Shown: positions 9,512 through 19,145, counted from the stretch's first letter. The stretch: DNA of 64,000 bases from Candidatus Bathyarchaeia archaeon (GCA_050014495.1 JBEKDF010000007.1:1-64000); one strand, 5' to 3'. Numbers and translations are program-made. The notes: generated from the sequence alone by a model not told the origin.

Positions 9512-9615
9512 GAATAGTATGCATCTCTATGCAATTTGAGGTTAACTCCCGGTCAACATCTCATAAGAAACTCGGGGTGATCTCATTCTTTTTAGTAATC
9601 ATTCCCAAAAAAAAG

Positions 9616-9711
9616 TTAGATTAGACTCATTGCCGCAGCATAAGCTCCAATTTGTGCATCTACGATGCTATCTCCAGATCCAATAATTACAATGTCGCCA
9701 TTCTCGGGTTG
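9616..9711 (-). pseudogene. C-terminal remnant resembling DUF4443
   Basis: QPENGDIVIIGSGDSIVDAQIGAYAAAMSLI*, beginning at the GCGCGCGC tract 9710-9720. Confidence 0.5.
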
Positions 9712-9905
9712 CGCGCGCGTTTTTCGGATCCGATGCAGGCCATCTACTTAACCTTCATTCCTCTCTACTATCCCTGGCCACCGATCATCCACACCGTCAC
9801 GAACACGATAATCTAAGCTGTTCTGGCCCCGCCGATTATTCAGGGTATAAGGAGGCTCCCGGAAACGTTGAATACTGGAGAGCTCAAGCAGAAACCGGTC
9901 CAGGC

Positions 9906-10307
9906 TTGATCGAGTACTACCCAGCACCGGATATTAAGATCCGAGTGGATGAGATTATCGAGACCCTACATTTTGACCACTGCAGGCCTAAGAACATCTA
10001 CTGCATCCGAAGCAGGGGGAGCCAGTCCAGAAGGACCATCGCCCGTATCCATGGGTTAGGGAGGATCTGGCAGCTCGCAATGGGCATAGAGGCCACTTAT
10101 ATAATCGAGGTGATCTCCGAGCAATTCGATTCCCTCAGTAGGGAGGGGCAGGATAAGGTTCTTGTCCATGAGCTCCTTCATATCCCGCACGGTTTCCAGG
10201 GGGGGTTCCGTCACCACAAGAATTTTGTAACCAGGGAGAACGTCGAAGTCTGGTTCAAGCGGCTTCAGGAGAAGCGTAGAGAAATTGGAATGCTGAGAAA
10301 GGGTTAA
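9906..10307 (+). CDS. Putative zinc metallopeptidase
   Basis: HELLH motif; conserved archaeal RSRGS..ARI.GL pattern. Confidence 0.8.
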   Translation: MIEYYPAPDIKIRVDEIIETLHFDHCRPKNIYCIRSRGSQSRRTIARIHGLGRIWQLAMGIEATYIIEVISEQFDSLSREGQDKVLVHELLHIPHGFQGGFRHHKNFVTRENVEVWFKRLQEKRREIGMLRKG

Positions 10308-10334
10308 GCGGAGCGCATCTATGGTGGTTCATGG

Positions 10335-10535
10335 ATGTTTCCAAGTCCTCAGATCATATCCGTCACAAGATCTTCCACGCTTAGGGAGCTCATGGAAGAG
10401 TTGGGGCCCGACGTCCTCTACGCCTATGATCGACGTGTGATAGTTGTGCTTGTAAATGGTGAGAGTAGGTGGCCTTCTTTGAGGTTGGTGTATGGGGATA
10501 GGGTGACGATTATGCCGATTGTCACTGGGGGTTAA
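10335..10535 (+). CDS. MoaD/ThiS/SAMP ubiquitin-like protein
   Basis: 66 aa with VLVNG...GDRVTIMPIVTGG and a C-terminal diglycine. Confidence 0.88.
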   Translation: MFPSPQIISVTRSSTLRELMEELGPDVLYAYDRRVIVVLVNGESRWPSLRLVYGDRVTIMPIVTGG

Positions 10536-10559
10536 TCGCTACGCGCACTTATAGAAATT

Positions 10560-10784
10560 TTAATTGTTCTTTGTCGCGATTAGAAACATATTCAAAATCT
10601 CAGGTTGATTTTTTAGTATATTTGTCATCATTTTTTTATTTTTTATTCTTGCGGCTAATTTTAGTTGCATAAAAGCTTCAGATAAATTATTTAGCTTTAC
10701 ATTGGTGTTCTTTTCGACTTCAGAAAAGACCCATTGTATATCAAATTTATTAGATTTCACATCCTCATCTACTTGTTTATACAT
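10560..10784 (-). CDS. Hypothetical protein or fragment in an AT-rich patch
   Basis: 74-aa ORF in visibly AT-rich DNA between two (GC)n tracts. Confidence 0.4.
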   Translation of the reverse strand: MYKQVDEDVKSNKFDIQWVFSEVEKNTNVKLNNLSEAFMQLKLAARIKNKKMMTNILKNQPEILNMFLIATKNN

Positions 10785-11122
10785 TTTATCTAGTTTTTAA
10801 TATTCGACTTCGTTCATTCTAGTATAGGTGTTTATTGCAAAAAGTATGTTTAATGCGCGCGCGCTCAAAAGCCATTCTCATATCGTTTCCATTCGTTACA
10901 TGTCATTATCACGCGTTTCCACACATTAACATGCCCCTCCCCACGGTGAGACTTTATCATGGCCAGGGTTTTCTCGCTGTATACTGGTTGATAGGGTGCT
11001 TGCTGTGGATGTGGTCCATGGTTGAGCTCAGGATCTAGCAATTGCGAATATTCAGTTGCTCATAGAATATCGAACGACGACTCTTTATTCTCTTACGAGA
11101 ATCATCAATCGAGGCTGAATAG

Positions 11123-12025
11123 TTGAAACCTAGCTGGCATGGGATGGTTCCCGCTTTGAGCACCGCGACCGACAACAGGGGCGAGTTCGATGAGGAGAGT
11201 CAGAGGAATCAGGTTAGGAAGAACATTGAGTGGGGAGTACACGGGCTTGCTCCGAGTATTATGGCTGGGGAATTCTACAAGTTCACGGATGAGGAGCGTG
11301 TCAGGTGCTACGAAGTTGTTATTGACGAAGCGAATGGAAAGGTACCAGTCATCGCTGGTGTCAGCCACAGTGGAACCGAGCCAGCGGTGAGGCTAGCCCT
11401 AAAGGCTAAGGATCTCGGAGCTGACGGGATCATAGTGATGGCTCCCTACTTTGGCAGGGGTGTGAAGCGGAGTGTCTTGCAGAGACACATTGGCACCGTA
11501 GCTCGTAGGTGCGACCTACCGATCATGATCCAGGATGCTGAGGATGTGGTTGGCACCCACATGTGCACGACCCTATATATGGACCTCGCAGATGAGTATA
11601 GTAACATTGTATCCGTCAAGGTGGAGGGCGCTAACACGCTTGAGAAGATCAGGGACATTAATCGCCTCATGGGGGACAGGCTCATTGTCTTCGGAGGCGA
11701 GGCTGCAAGGACAGTCTTCGAGGAAATAGAGCTTGGTGCAAAGGGAAACATCCCGGACGCTTGCCTTACTGATCTACTCGTCTCGGTCTACGAGAATATT
11801 CTCGCTAAGAGAATGAATGAGGCACGCAGCGTATTCACACGTTATAAGGTCTGGCTCGACTTTCTCAGTGCCAATAGTTATGCTGCTGCGGAGATTGAGA
11901 AGGAGACGTTGAGACTTCGGGGTGTTTTAAAGAGCTCCCACACTCGGGGGCCCAACCAGCCCCTCGGGGATGGTGAGAAGAGGAATCTGAGGGAGTTGCT
12001 TAAGAGTATACGCGTGACTGATTGA
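11123..12025 (+). CDS. Dihydrodipicolinate synthase family lyase (KDA-dehydratase-like)
   Basis: AGEF loop, GADGIIVMAPYF, IMIQDA and Schiff-base Lys in VKVE. Confidence 0.85.
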   Translation: MKPSWHGMVPALSTATDNRGEFDEESQRNQVRKNIEWGVHGLAPSIMAGEFYKFTDEERVRCYEVVIDEANGKVPVIAGVSHSGTEPAVRLALKAKDLGADGIIVMAPYFGRGVKRSVLQRHIGTVARRCDLPIMIQDAEDVVGTHMCTTLYMDLADEYSNIVSVKVEGANTLEKIRDINRLMGDRLIVFGGEAARTVFEEIELGAKGNIPDACLTDLLVSVYENILAKRMNEARSVFTRYKVWLDFLSANSYAAAEIEKETLRLRGVLKSSHTRGPNQPLGDGEKRNLRELLKSIRVTD

Positions 12026-12058
12026 ATTCAGCTACGGAAATGATCTCTTGGCTTTTCT

Positions 12059-12175
12059 CTAGTTACTTGCTCGGTAACTTGCTTCTATGTATACGAGACT
12101 CCTTGCGGCTACCTTTCTCTCGCCAACGATACCGAGGCCAAGGAGTCGTCTGACCAATCTCCATGTGCTTGTCTT
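12059..12175 (-). pseudogene. Winged-helix HTH remnant
   Basis: KTSTWRLVRRLLGLGIVGERKVAARSLVYIE, starting at tract 12176-12186. Confidence 0.55.
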
Positions 12176-12212
12176 TGCACGCGCGCTGAATATGTGCATA
12201 CTATGTGATCTG

Positions 12213-13286
12213 CTAATAGTAGTCTGAATAGGAGAAGTAGATCTTCTCAGGTCTCAAGCTGCTAATTGTGTCATAGAAGTAGTCATTGTAACCCCAGAAC
12301 ATCACACGGACCTCTGAAGCATATGGGGCGTTAAAGAAGCCTAGGGATTCAGCGATTTTCTGGTATAGATGACCCTGCATCGTTGTTAAGCTCATGCAGT
12401 CAACGTTGAGTGAATCGAGGAAGTTCACCGCTTCTTCAAATAAAGGAAGGACTACGTCGATGTTGTCTCTGAGGGAAAGTAAATCAAATATTGAGCCAGT
12501 CAAGTACCCGTCGTCATCATCCAATTCTAGAACGACGTATCCGATGACCTGATCTTTGGATAATGCGGTTTTGATTCTATATTTCACCCTGGGGTTCTGT
12601 GTAAACCGCCAGTTCATGTAGTCGCGGTTTCTCCTTAGAATATAGTTATAATCGTCCGTGATTCTATCCCACAATGTCTCGAATCTTTCATCAAATGTTT
12701 CCATATCGATGATTGTGCAGTTGGTCTTGGGTTCTTGGTTCCCTTTTTTGAAGTTGGTCAAAAGTTTTCTTGATGAATAATTTGCTCTAAGTAGAGATGC
12801 ATCATCAATCGAGTATTTCTCGATAAAGCGATCGATGTCCTTTACCCTGATCAAGTCAGAGAAGGGTGTCGGGAAGCTCACCTGCTCGTGGATCATTGCC
12901 TTCGTCAGGACGATTGGATTCCGAGTTATCCAGTAACAGAAATCGGCTTGAGCCTCCTTCTTTATCGCATCGGTGAAGTTTGTTATGGCCTTGTAAACCC
13001 CTTTTTTCCTATATTCAGGATTTGTAGCGTAATCGTCGTCGTAGTAAGAAGTGAGAACCCTGGTGCCCAGCTTGACCATCATCCTTATGCAGTGGGCTAC
13101 GCCAACGATCTCTTCTCCAGCGGTGGAAACAACTATTTGAGTTTCAAGAGGGGAGCGTCGGTACTTCCACCTCCAGTACTCCAATGGGTTTGGCAGTTCG
13201 TTCCAGGAATCAAAGGAGGATCGCAGTAGTTCGACTATCTCTTTGTCGTCGCCTTCATGGTATAGGCGCGTGGTAACTTCATCCAA
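12213..13286 (-). CDS. GNAT family N-acetyltransferase (tandem GNAT)
   Basis: YWRWKY, PEYRKKG, RNRDYMNWRF. Confidence 0.85.
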   Translation of the reverse strand: MDEVTTRLYHEGDDKEIVELLRSSFDSWNELPNPLEYWRWKYRRSPLETQIVVSTAGEEIVGVAHCIRMMVKLGTRVLTSYYDDDYATNPEYRKKGVYKAITNFTDAIKKEAQADFCYWITRNPIVLTKAMIHEQVSFPTPFSDLIRVKDIDRFIEKYSIDDASLLRANYSSRKLLTNFKKGNQEPKTNCTIIDMETFDERFETLWDRITDDYNYILRRNRDYMNWRFTQNPRVKYRIKTALSKDQVIGYVVLELDDDDGYLTGSIFDLLSLRDNIDVVLPLFEEAVNFLDSLNVDCMSLTTMQGHLYQKIAESLGFFNAPYASEVRVMFWGYNDYFYDTISSLRPEKIYFSYSDYY

Positions 13287-13354
13287 GCGCGTACATCATC
13301 CTTGTTTAATCACTTTGTTTTCTTAAATTGCTTTGTAATTGCGAGTACGCGCAC

Positions 13355-13434
13355 CGTAACATGAAGGTTGTACCCTTTCCCACCTGGGAATCGAAATCGA
13401 GGGAGCCTCCCTGAGCATCAACCGCCCTTCTACA
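13355..13434 (-). pseudogene. Histidine kinase HATPase_c C-terminal remnant
   Basis: CRRAVDAQGGSLDFDSQVGKGTTFMLR, flanked on both sides by RY tracts. Confidence 0.8.
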
Positions 13435-13558
13435 ATACACGCGCGCACCCGAGGATAATGTATGAAATAAGAACCCGTAAATAATATTATCAATTGAATC
13501 AAAATGCCTAAAAATGCGCACGATCACGCGTGCGTTTGACTATAGTTTGAGTTTTGGG

Positions 13559-13948
13559 CTAGTTTGTTACTCTGAGTGAGAGGCGTTCGGCCTGCTTGTT
13601 GTAGGCAGCCACGTCCCCGAGCCCGTATGGGAAGCCCATCACCATGCTGATTCGACCGTATACATGGTTCATGTCCTGTGCTGATAGCTGTAAGGATCCG
13701 GAAGGGTGACTGTGAATGGTACCCACTATGGAGAAGTCGATGGGGAGCATATGGATCGGGTAGCTGGCGGAGATGCTGTTGGTTGTAGCGAAGGGTGGGA
13801 AAAGATAATCGGTGATAGTGATCGAGTCCTTGTTAACCTTCCCCCTTAGCATTAGGATGGCCTCCTTCGGGTGTCTCTCCTTGGCGAACGTCAACATCTC
13901 AGCTAGGAGCTCACTCTCCACGAGAACCTCCATATCTGTAAGGATCAC
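13559..13948 (-). CDS. Mov34/MPN/JAB (JAMM) family protein
   Basis: HPKE and HSHPSG..S..D JAMM motif. Confidence 0.9.
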   Translation of the reverse strand: MILTDMEVLVESELLAEMLTFAKERHPKEAILMLRGKVNKDSITITDYLFPPFATTNSISASYPIHMLPIDFSIVGTIHSHPSGSLQLSAQDMNHVYGRISMVMGFPYGLGDVAAYNKQAERLSLRVTN

Positions 13949-14103
13949 TGCGACTGGGATAAGGCGAGTACCATAAAAACCCTCTGTAACCGAGTAAATC
14001 GATGATAATGTGAGTTACATCATTAGGCATTCCACATAAGAAATTTGGCCATAATCTAAAAAGTTTCAAGGAGTGATAGTTCACGAGAACAAGTGGTGAG
14101 ATA

Positions 14104-14613
14104 ATGGAAGCGATGGATGCAATACTCGGGAGACGTAGCATAAGGAAGTACTCGGAGGAGCCAGTGACCGATGGGCAAGTCAAGAGACTCCTCGAAGCAG
14201 CGATGGCGGCTCCTAGCGCTCACAACAGGCAGAGCTGGCACTTCATTGTTGTCCGGGATAAGGCCAAGTTGCTTGAGATACCAAAGTTCCACAGCTACTC
14301 AAAGATGCTTGAGCAGGCTGCTCTAGCCATCATCGTATGTGGAGATCTGGAGCTTGAGGGGGGTACAGGATTCTGGGTTCAGGACTGCTCCGCGGCGACT
14401 CAGAACATCCTCCTAGCTGCTAAGGCTACGGGTCTAGGTGCCGTCTGGTTGGGTGTCTATCCGAATGAGAACCTCGTGAAGGGGGTGAGGGATCTTCTCA
14501 GGATCCCTGAGAAGATCGTCCCACTATGCATCATCTCGGTGGGGCATCCCCTCGAGGAAAAGCCTCCGGGGAATCATTATAGGGACGACCGCGTTCATTT
14601 AAACGGGTGGTAG
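14104..14613 (+). CDS. Nitroreductase family protein
   Basis: RRSIRKY, APSAHNRQ, QNILLAA, GLGAVW. Confidence 0.93.
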   Translation: MEAMDAILGRRSIRKYSEEPVTDGQVKRLLEAAMAAPSAHNRQSWHFIVVRDKAKLLEIPKFHSYSKMLEQAALAIIVCGDLELEGGTGFWVQDCSAATQNILLAAKATGLGAVWLGVYPNENLVKGVRDLLRIPEKIVPLCIISVGHPLEEKPPGNHYRDDRVHLNGW

Positions 14614-14717
14614 ACCCCATTTTAGGGACTTGCTGGGTTCGTCGCACATTTTTTCTTCTCAAGGTCTAGGTATGCGCATCAATTCTTAAAAAGAGGTGGC
14701 GCTCCTCAAGACGGTGG

Positions 14718-14827
14718 GGGCCCGTGGCCAAGCCAGGATAAGGCGCCTAGCCGGTGCCGTAGCCCGACGCCGGCGCGCAGGCCTTCTAAGCCGGAGATCG
14801 TGGGTTCGAATCCCTCCGGGCCCGCCA
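14718..14827 (+). tRNA. tRNA-Arg(TCT) with a ~32-nt non-canonical intron (~14748-14779) in the anticodon stem; CCA encoded
   Basis: Acceptor stem GGGCCCG/CGGGCCC, T-loop TTCGAAT, and anticodon arm CCGGC-CT TCT AA-GCCGG after intron removal. A TATA-like TTAAAA lies at ~14686. Confidence 0.9.
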
Positions 14828-14875
14828 CCTAATTCAAATAGGTTTAAAAATTTCTTATTGCTAAGATCATCCGGT

Positions 14876-15439
14876 TTAGGTATTCAACTTCTTAGTGAGC
14901 CAGGCAAGCTTCCTGCCAAAGTTCCTGATGGTTCTTACCCCTTCTTCGTCCCGATTTACCTCGCCCTTCTCCCTGGCGATGGCCACGTTCCAGTATGTTG
15001 ATCCGGGCACGATCATACCGTGTATCATGAAGAAGAACATTAGTTGGGCGAAGGTGAAGTTCTTGCCAGCTCTCCTTGCGACTACTATAGGTCCCCCGAC
15101 CTTGTTCTCGAAGGGGTTCGTTTTCCCTCTTGAGACGTAGCACCTGCTGATGAGGCTCGTCATCAAAGGGGTCGCTGCACCGAACCATACCGGTGTGGAG
15201 AGGATGAAGCCGTCAGCTCTCAGCATCTCGTAATATATGGCCTGGAAGTCATCCTTTATGTGGCATTCTCCGGTTGTGCGGCAGGAGGAACAAGCGTCAC
15301 AGGAAGCTATCTTTTTTCCTGAAAGGGGGATTAGCTCCGTCTCTATTCCCTCGTTGGCGACCTCCTCGAGGGCAATCTTTGTGAGGGCTTCGGTGTTTCC
15401 ACCTCTCCTCGGGCTCCCGACTATTCCGAGTATCTTCAT
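14876..15439 (-). CDS. Iron-sulfur flavoprotein / NADPH-dependent FMN reductase family
   Basis: MKILGIVGSPRRGGNT, CDACSSC..C, TPVW. Start reassigned to 15439. Confidence 0.9.
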   Translation of the reverse strand: MKILGIVGSPRRGGNTEALTKIALEEVANEGIETELIPLSGKKIASCDACSSCRTTGECHIKDDFQAIYYEMLRADGFILSTPVWFGAATPLMTSLISRCYVSRGKTNPFENKVGGPIVVARRAGKNFTFAQLMFFFMIHGMIVPGSTYWNVAIAREKGEVNRDEEGVRTIRNFGRKLAWLTKKLNT

Positions 15440-15551
15440 CGCGTATATTTTACAGATTGAGCCTATAGGGGTTTGTTGTCGAAGTTCTGTTTGGCGCGGC
15501 TGTTTAAAATAGTCGATGCATCCCTTTGGGGAGTCAACCGAAGGTTGAGCA

Positions 15552-16853
15552 ATGACGGAGGGAGGTTCATCAACTAAGCACGAGTTCGGAATAGGACTTC
15601 TTAGGGGCAATCTCCTCTGGCTCGTTGTCTGCGGCTGCATCTGGCAGTTCACAACAAACATCCCAGTAACCTACCTACCCCTCTACATTCAGAAACTTGG
15701 GGGATCCCCCATAGACATAGGGTTTGTCAAGTCCGCAGCAGCGCTCGCGGGCCTTTTCCTCTATCCGATTGGCGGCTACATCGCCGATAAGCAGGGGAGG
15801 GTTCGACTCGTCAGCCTTGCCACCTTCATCTACGCCTTCAGCTTCATCCCATTCGCCTACGCCCCCAACTGGGAGACCCTCGCATTCGCCAGCTTCTTCC
15901 AGAGCCTCGTGCTCTTCTACGCCCCGATACTCACAGTTCTAATGGCTGACTCGATGCCCGCGGGGATGAGGGGGCAGGGCTTCGCACTCGCGATCACCAT
16001 CCCCGCCGCCCTGGGAGTCATCTCCCCCTTCATAGGAGGCTACCTAGTCGATAAGATGGGCATCATACCGGCCATGAATGCTATCTACCTCGGCGGCTTC
16101 GGGGCTGGCATCGTTGTCGCCTTCTTAAGACTCGCCACCCTCAAGGAAACCCTCGATCCGTCGCAGGTGCAGAAGATAAACTACAGGGACTTTTTCGGCT
16201 TCCTAAAGGATAGTTACGGGAGCTTCATAGACACACTCAAGTGGATGCCCCCCGAGGTTAGAGCCCTCGCGGTGCTGCAGGTTATGCAGATATTTTTCAT
16301 AGGGATTGCCTCTTCCTTCTGGGTCGTCTACGCGACTACAATCATAGGCGTAAGCGCCGTATTCTGGGGGCTAACATCAGCGCTTCAGGGGGGAGTCAAC
16401 ATGCTCTTCGCTTTGCCAGCTGGGAAACTGATGGATAGGATCGGCAGAAAGAAGCTGCTCATACCGATTCTAGCACTGGCACCTCTCTTTCCCATAGCCT
16501 TCCTTTTCATACATAACAGCAATGTTCTCTTAGCCTTCGTTGTATCAGTCGCTGTCGTGAATGCCTTCCTCTTACCCGGTTTCCAGTCACTACTCGCTGA
16601 CTACACTCCAAGGAACCGGAGGGGGCGCGTCATCTCCGCGGTTGGAAGCGGGGCCTTCGTCCTCGACATACAGGGCAATATATGGGGTGGAGGAATGCTA
16701 CTCTTCATTCCCCTCGCCATAGCCCAGATAATTGGAGGAGCACTATACGAGTTCGCACCAAGTTTGCCATTCATAATGACGGCCGTGGGCTTAATCCCAG
16801 TCGCCATCTACGCACGCTATAGAGTAAGTGATCCACGGAAGATCGAGGCTTAG
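15552..16853 (+). CDS. MFS transporter
   Basis: GYIADKQGR and GKLMDRIGRK motif A; 12-TM pattern. Confidence 0.92.
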   Translation: MTEGGSSTKHEFGIGLLRGNLLWLVVCGCIWQFTTNIPVTYLPLYIQKLGGSPIDIGFVKSAAALAGLFLYPIGGYIADKQGRVRLVSLATFIYAFSFIPFAYAPNWETLAFASFFQSLVLFYAPILTVLMADSMPAGMRGQGFALAITIPAALGVISPFIGGYLVDKMGIIPAMNAIYLGGFGAGIVVAFLRLATLKETLDPSQVQKINYRDFFGFLKDSYGSFIDTLKWMPPEVRALAVLQVMQIFFIGIASSFWVVYATTIIGVSAVFWGLTSALQGGVNMLFALPAGKLMDRIGRKKLLIPILALAPLFPIAFLFIHNSNVLLAFVVSVAVVNAFLLPGFQSLLADYTPRNRRGRVISAVGSGAFVLDIQGNIWGGGMLLFIPLAIAQIIGGALYEFAPSLPFIMTAVGLIPVAIYARYRVSDPRKIEA

Positions 16854-16874
16854 CCTTTGTTTCACAGTGATTGT

Positions 16875-17081
16875 TTATTCTTTTTCCAGCATCACGGATT
16901 TTGACTTAACCATCACCTTGACCTGGTCACCTACTTTTAGCTGAAGATCGTCAACTGACTCCTTGGTGATGACGGAGGTTATTACACTTGGTTTGATCTC
17001 CACCTTCACCATGGCCATTATCTTGTCCGTTTCGACCTTCAGGATCTTGCCCTCTATTAGGTTTCTAGCGCTTGTCTTCAT
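16875..17081 (-). CDS. TOBE/Mop molybdate-binding protein
   Basis: MKTSARN...SVITKESV...VKS..VM. Confidence 0.9.
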   Translation of the reverse strand: MKTSARNLIEGKILKVETDKIMAMVKVEIKPSVITSVITKESVDDLQLKVGDQVKVMVKSKSVMLEKE

Positions 17082-17234
17082 AATGGTCAGATTTTGCTGA
17101 GAATTGGTTGAATATGAATCATTTGGTGAATAATGGGATCTGGGGCCCCAAAATTCGAATGTGTGGCTATTTTGGGAAGACTCGAATAGGATTCTATTTT
17201 GGTTGTTGATTGACTTCTTAAAAGTGTTTTAATT

Positions 17235-17486
17235 GTGGTCTCGCGAACTAATTCCGAAAATCCAATGGCTGGTACGAAGAGGAGCGAGATACACCCCGGT
17301 GATGCGGTCGATGTGGTTCTTAAGAAGGATCAGGGGACGGGGAAACTCACGGGGGGAGTGGTTAAGGAGATTCTTACTGGAAGCCAGTTTCATCCACACG
17401 GGATTAAGGTACGCCTAGTTGACGGTAAGGTGGGGCGAGTCAAGTCCATCCATGCGAAGGGGAGCAAACCAAGCGAAGACCCTTAA
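17235..17486 (+). CDS. YwbE (DUF2196) family protein
   Basis: VLKKDQ.TGKLT.G.V..ILT...HPHGIKVRL..G.VGRV. The start may be 17265. Confidence 0.88.
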   Translation: MVSRTNSENPMAGTKRSEIHPGDAVDVVLKKDQGTGKLTGGVVKEILTGSQFHPHGIKVRLVDGKVGRVKSIHAKGSKPSEDP

Positions 17487-17530
17487 TCTTGTGTGCGAAT
17501 ATCGCGGGTTTATGGATGGAGTTAGTGGGT

Positions 17531-18043
17531 CTAGAACCTCAATTTGCCATAACCCTGGGTGATCTCATCCTTGTGCAGTTTAACGTAACTACAACTTGGA
17601 GTCGCGCCACATTTCCGGCATGCGATATCGTAGGTAGAGTTAAGAGTCCGACAATTGGTGCAAGTGTAGTGTTCAGTCTTCTCCGCATACCATTTTTCGT
17701 AGCCAACTTTCTTGATGCGCTCTTGGGATTCCCATAGTTCGATGCGGTGAGGCATCTCCTTTTGAAACGCCTTCAACTCCACGCAGGGATACTCAGGGCA
17801 TTCGCCGCAGAAGTTGATTCCTTTTTCAACGGAGCATTTCGTCATTTTACAATATTTTCTACAGAAAAAGGCACGTTTCTCAGATCGACAACCGTGGCAC
17901 TCCAATTCCTCCACGGGAAGTTGTAGGTGCATAGCCATCATTTTTAGCCTTTCAGGATCTTCTTTGGTTCCAATGAAAAAGGTGCACGCGAGACAAAATA
18001 ATCCGCAGACGGCAGCTAGCCTTTTGTCTGGAGTGATACTCAT
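17531..18043 (-). CDS. DUF3795 domain Cys-rich protein
   Basis: CGLFCLAC, CHGCRS, FCGECPEYPC and a C-terminal zinc ribbon. Confidence 0.85.
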   Translation of the reverse strand: MSITPDKRLAAVCGLFCLACTFFIGTKEDPERLKMMAMHLQLPVEELECHGCRSEKRAFFCRKYCKMTKCSVEKGINFCGECPEYPCVELKAFQKEMPHRIELWESQERIKKVGYEKWYAEKTEHYTCTNCRTLNSTYDIACRKCGATPSCSYVKLHKDEITQGYGKLRF

Positions 18044-18182
18044 TTTAATATTCGTATCTTTTGCATTCTTTTGTGATTTGTGGTATGAAACCAAGTTTTC
18101 ACAGCAGATGAGCACATGATTTGACACTTAATATGCCACTAGCGCAGGCGCAGGAAGTCCTAAATCTAGTAAACCATACACA

Positions 18183-19145
18183 TTGCCAGTGTCAAACTTG
18201 AGCCTAAACGAAGCAAAGACAGCTGAACTCTATCGCGTCATGATCCGGATCAGGACCTTCGAGAACGCCGTCAGGAGGCTGACGAAGGAGGGAAAGATAC
18301 CCGCGCGCTTTGGACTCTACACTGGACAGGAGGCCGTGGCAGCGGGCGTCTCCGCCCACCTCAGAAAGGGTGACCAGATCGGCAGCACCCACAGGGCACT
18401 CGGCCACCTCATAGCTAAGGGCTGCGACCTAGACAAGCTCATGGCTGAACTCATGGGAAAGGAGACGGGCTTCAACCACGGTAAAGCGGGCCCCTATCAC
18501 ACCTTCGATCCTAGCGTTGGCGCCCTCGGAGCGAACGGCGTCGTGGGCGGAAGCGTTCCGATGACCGCTGGCTATGCTCTCGCCGACCAGCTCAAGGGTA
18601 AGAGAAGCGTCGCGGTCTCCTACTTCGGGGAGGGTGGTAGTAACCAGGGTGGTGTCCAGGAGACGCTTAACCTCGCCGCATGCTGGCAGCTACCAATGGT
18701 CTTCGTCTGCGAGAACAGCAGCCCCGAGGTGCAACGGATGCTGGGCCACGAGATAGATTACCCACAGCTCAGCATTGATAAGGTCAGCCTCAGGGCGAAG
18801 AACTACGGAATGCCAGGTTCGACCCACACGGGCTGGGATGTCGCTGAGGTCTATAAGGCATCTGGGAAGGCGATTAGGCGCGCACGCGCCGGTAAAGGCC
18901 CCACCCTACTCGAGTTCAAGGTTCACCAGCTCGAGGGAAACCTGGAGGGACACCTTGAGGCGAACGAGAAGGAGAGGCAGTGGGACCCCATCGACCTCCT
19001 CAAGCAGAAGATACCTAAGAAGCTGGATGAGCAGATCAGGGCGCAGGAGGCGGCGAAGATCCAGGAAGCCATCAACTTTGGATTAAGGAGTCCAGAGCCA
19101 ACGCCAGAGCAGGCGTATACCTGCGTCTATGAGGAGGCTGACTGA
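18183..19145 (+). CDS. TPP-dependent 2-oxoacid/acetoin dehydrogenase E1 alpha (divergent)
   Basis: GQEA, STHR, ANGVVG, GEG...CEN, GKGPTLLE. Confidence 0.9.
   Translation: MPVSNLSLNEAKTAELYRVMIRIRTFENAVRRLTKEGKIPARFGLYTGQEAVAAGVSAHLRKGDQIGSTHRALGHLIAKGCDLDKLMAELMGKETGFNHGKAGPYHTFDPSVGALGANGVVGGSVPMTAGYALADQLKGKRSVAVSYFGEGGSNQGGVQETLNLAACWQLPMVFVCENSSPEVQRMLGHEIDYPQLSIDKVSLRAKNYGMPGSTHTGWDVAEVYKASGKAIRRARAGKGPTLLEFKVHQLEGNLEGHLEANEKERQWDPIDLLKQKIPKKLDEQIRAQEAAKIQEAINFGLRSPEPTPEQAYTCVYEEAD

Noticed and set aside
14696..15001. 101-aa ORF
   Set aside because: It overlaps the tRNA-Arg gene and the antisense flavoprotein.
14828..18130. Integrated element at the tRNA-Arg 3' end
   Set aside because: I saw no duplicate of the tRNA 3' end and no integrase in the window.
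18878..18889. GCGCGCACGCGC tract inside E1 alpha
   Set aside because: It encodes the family-typical RAR.G.GP segment of an intact gene, so it is not a junction.
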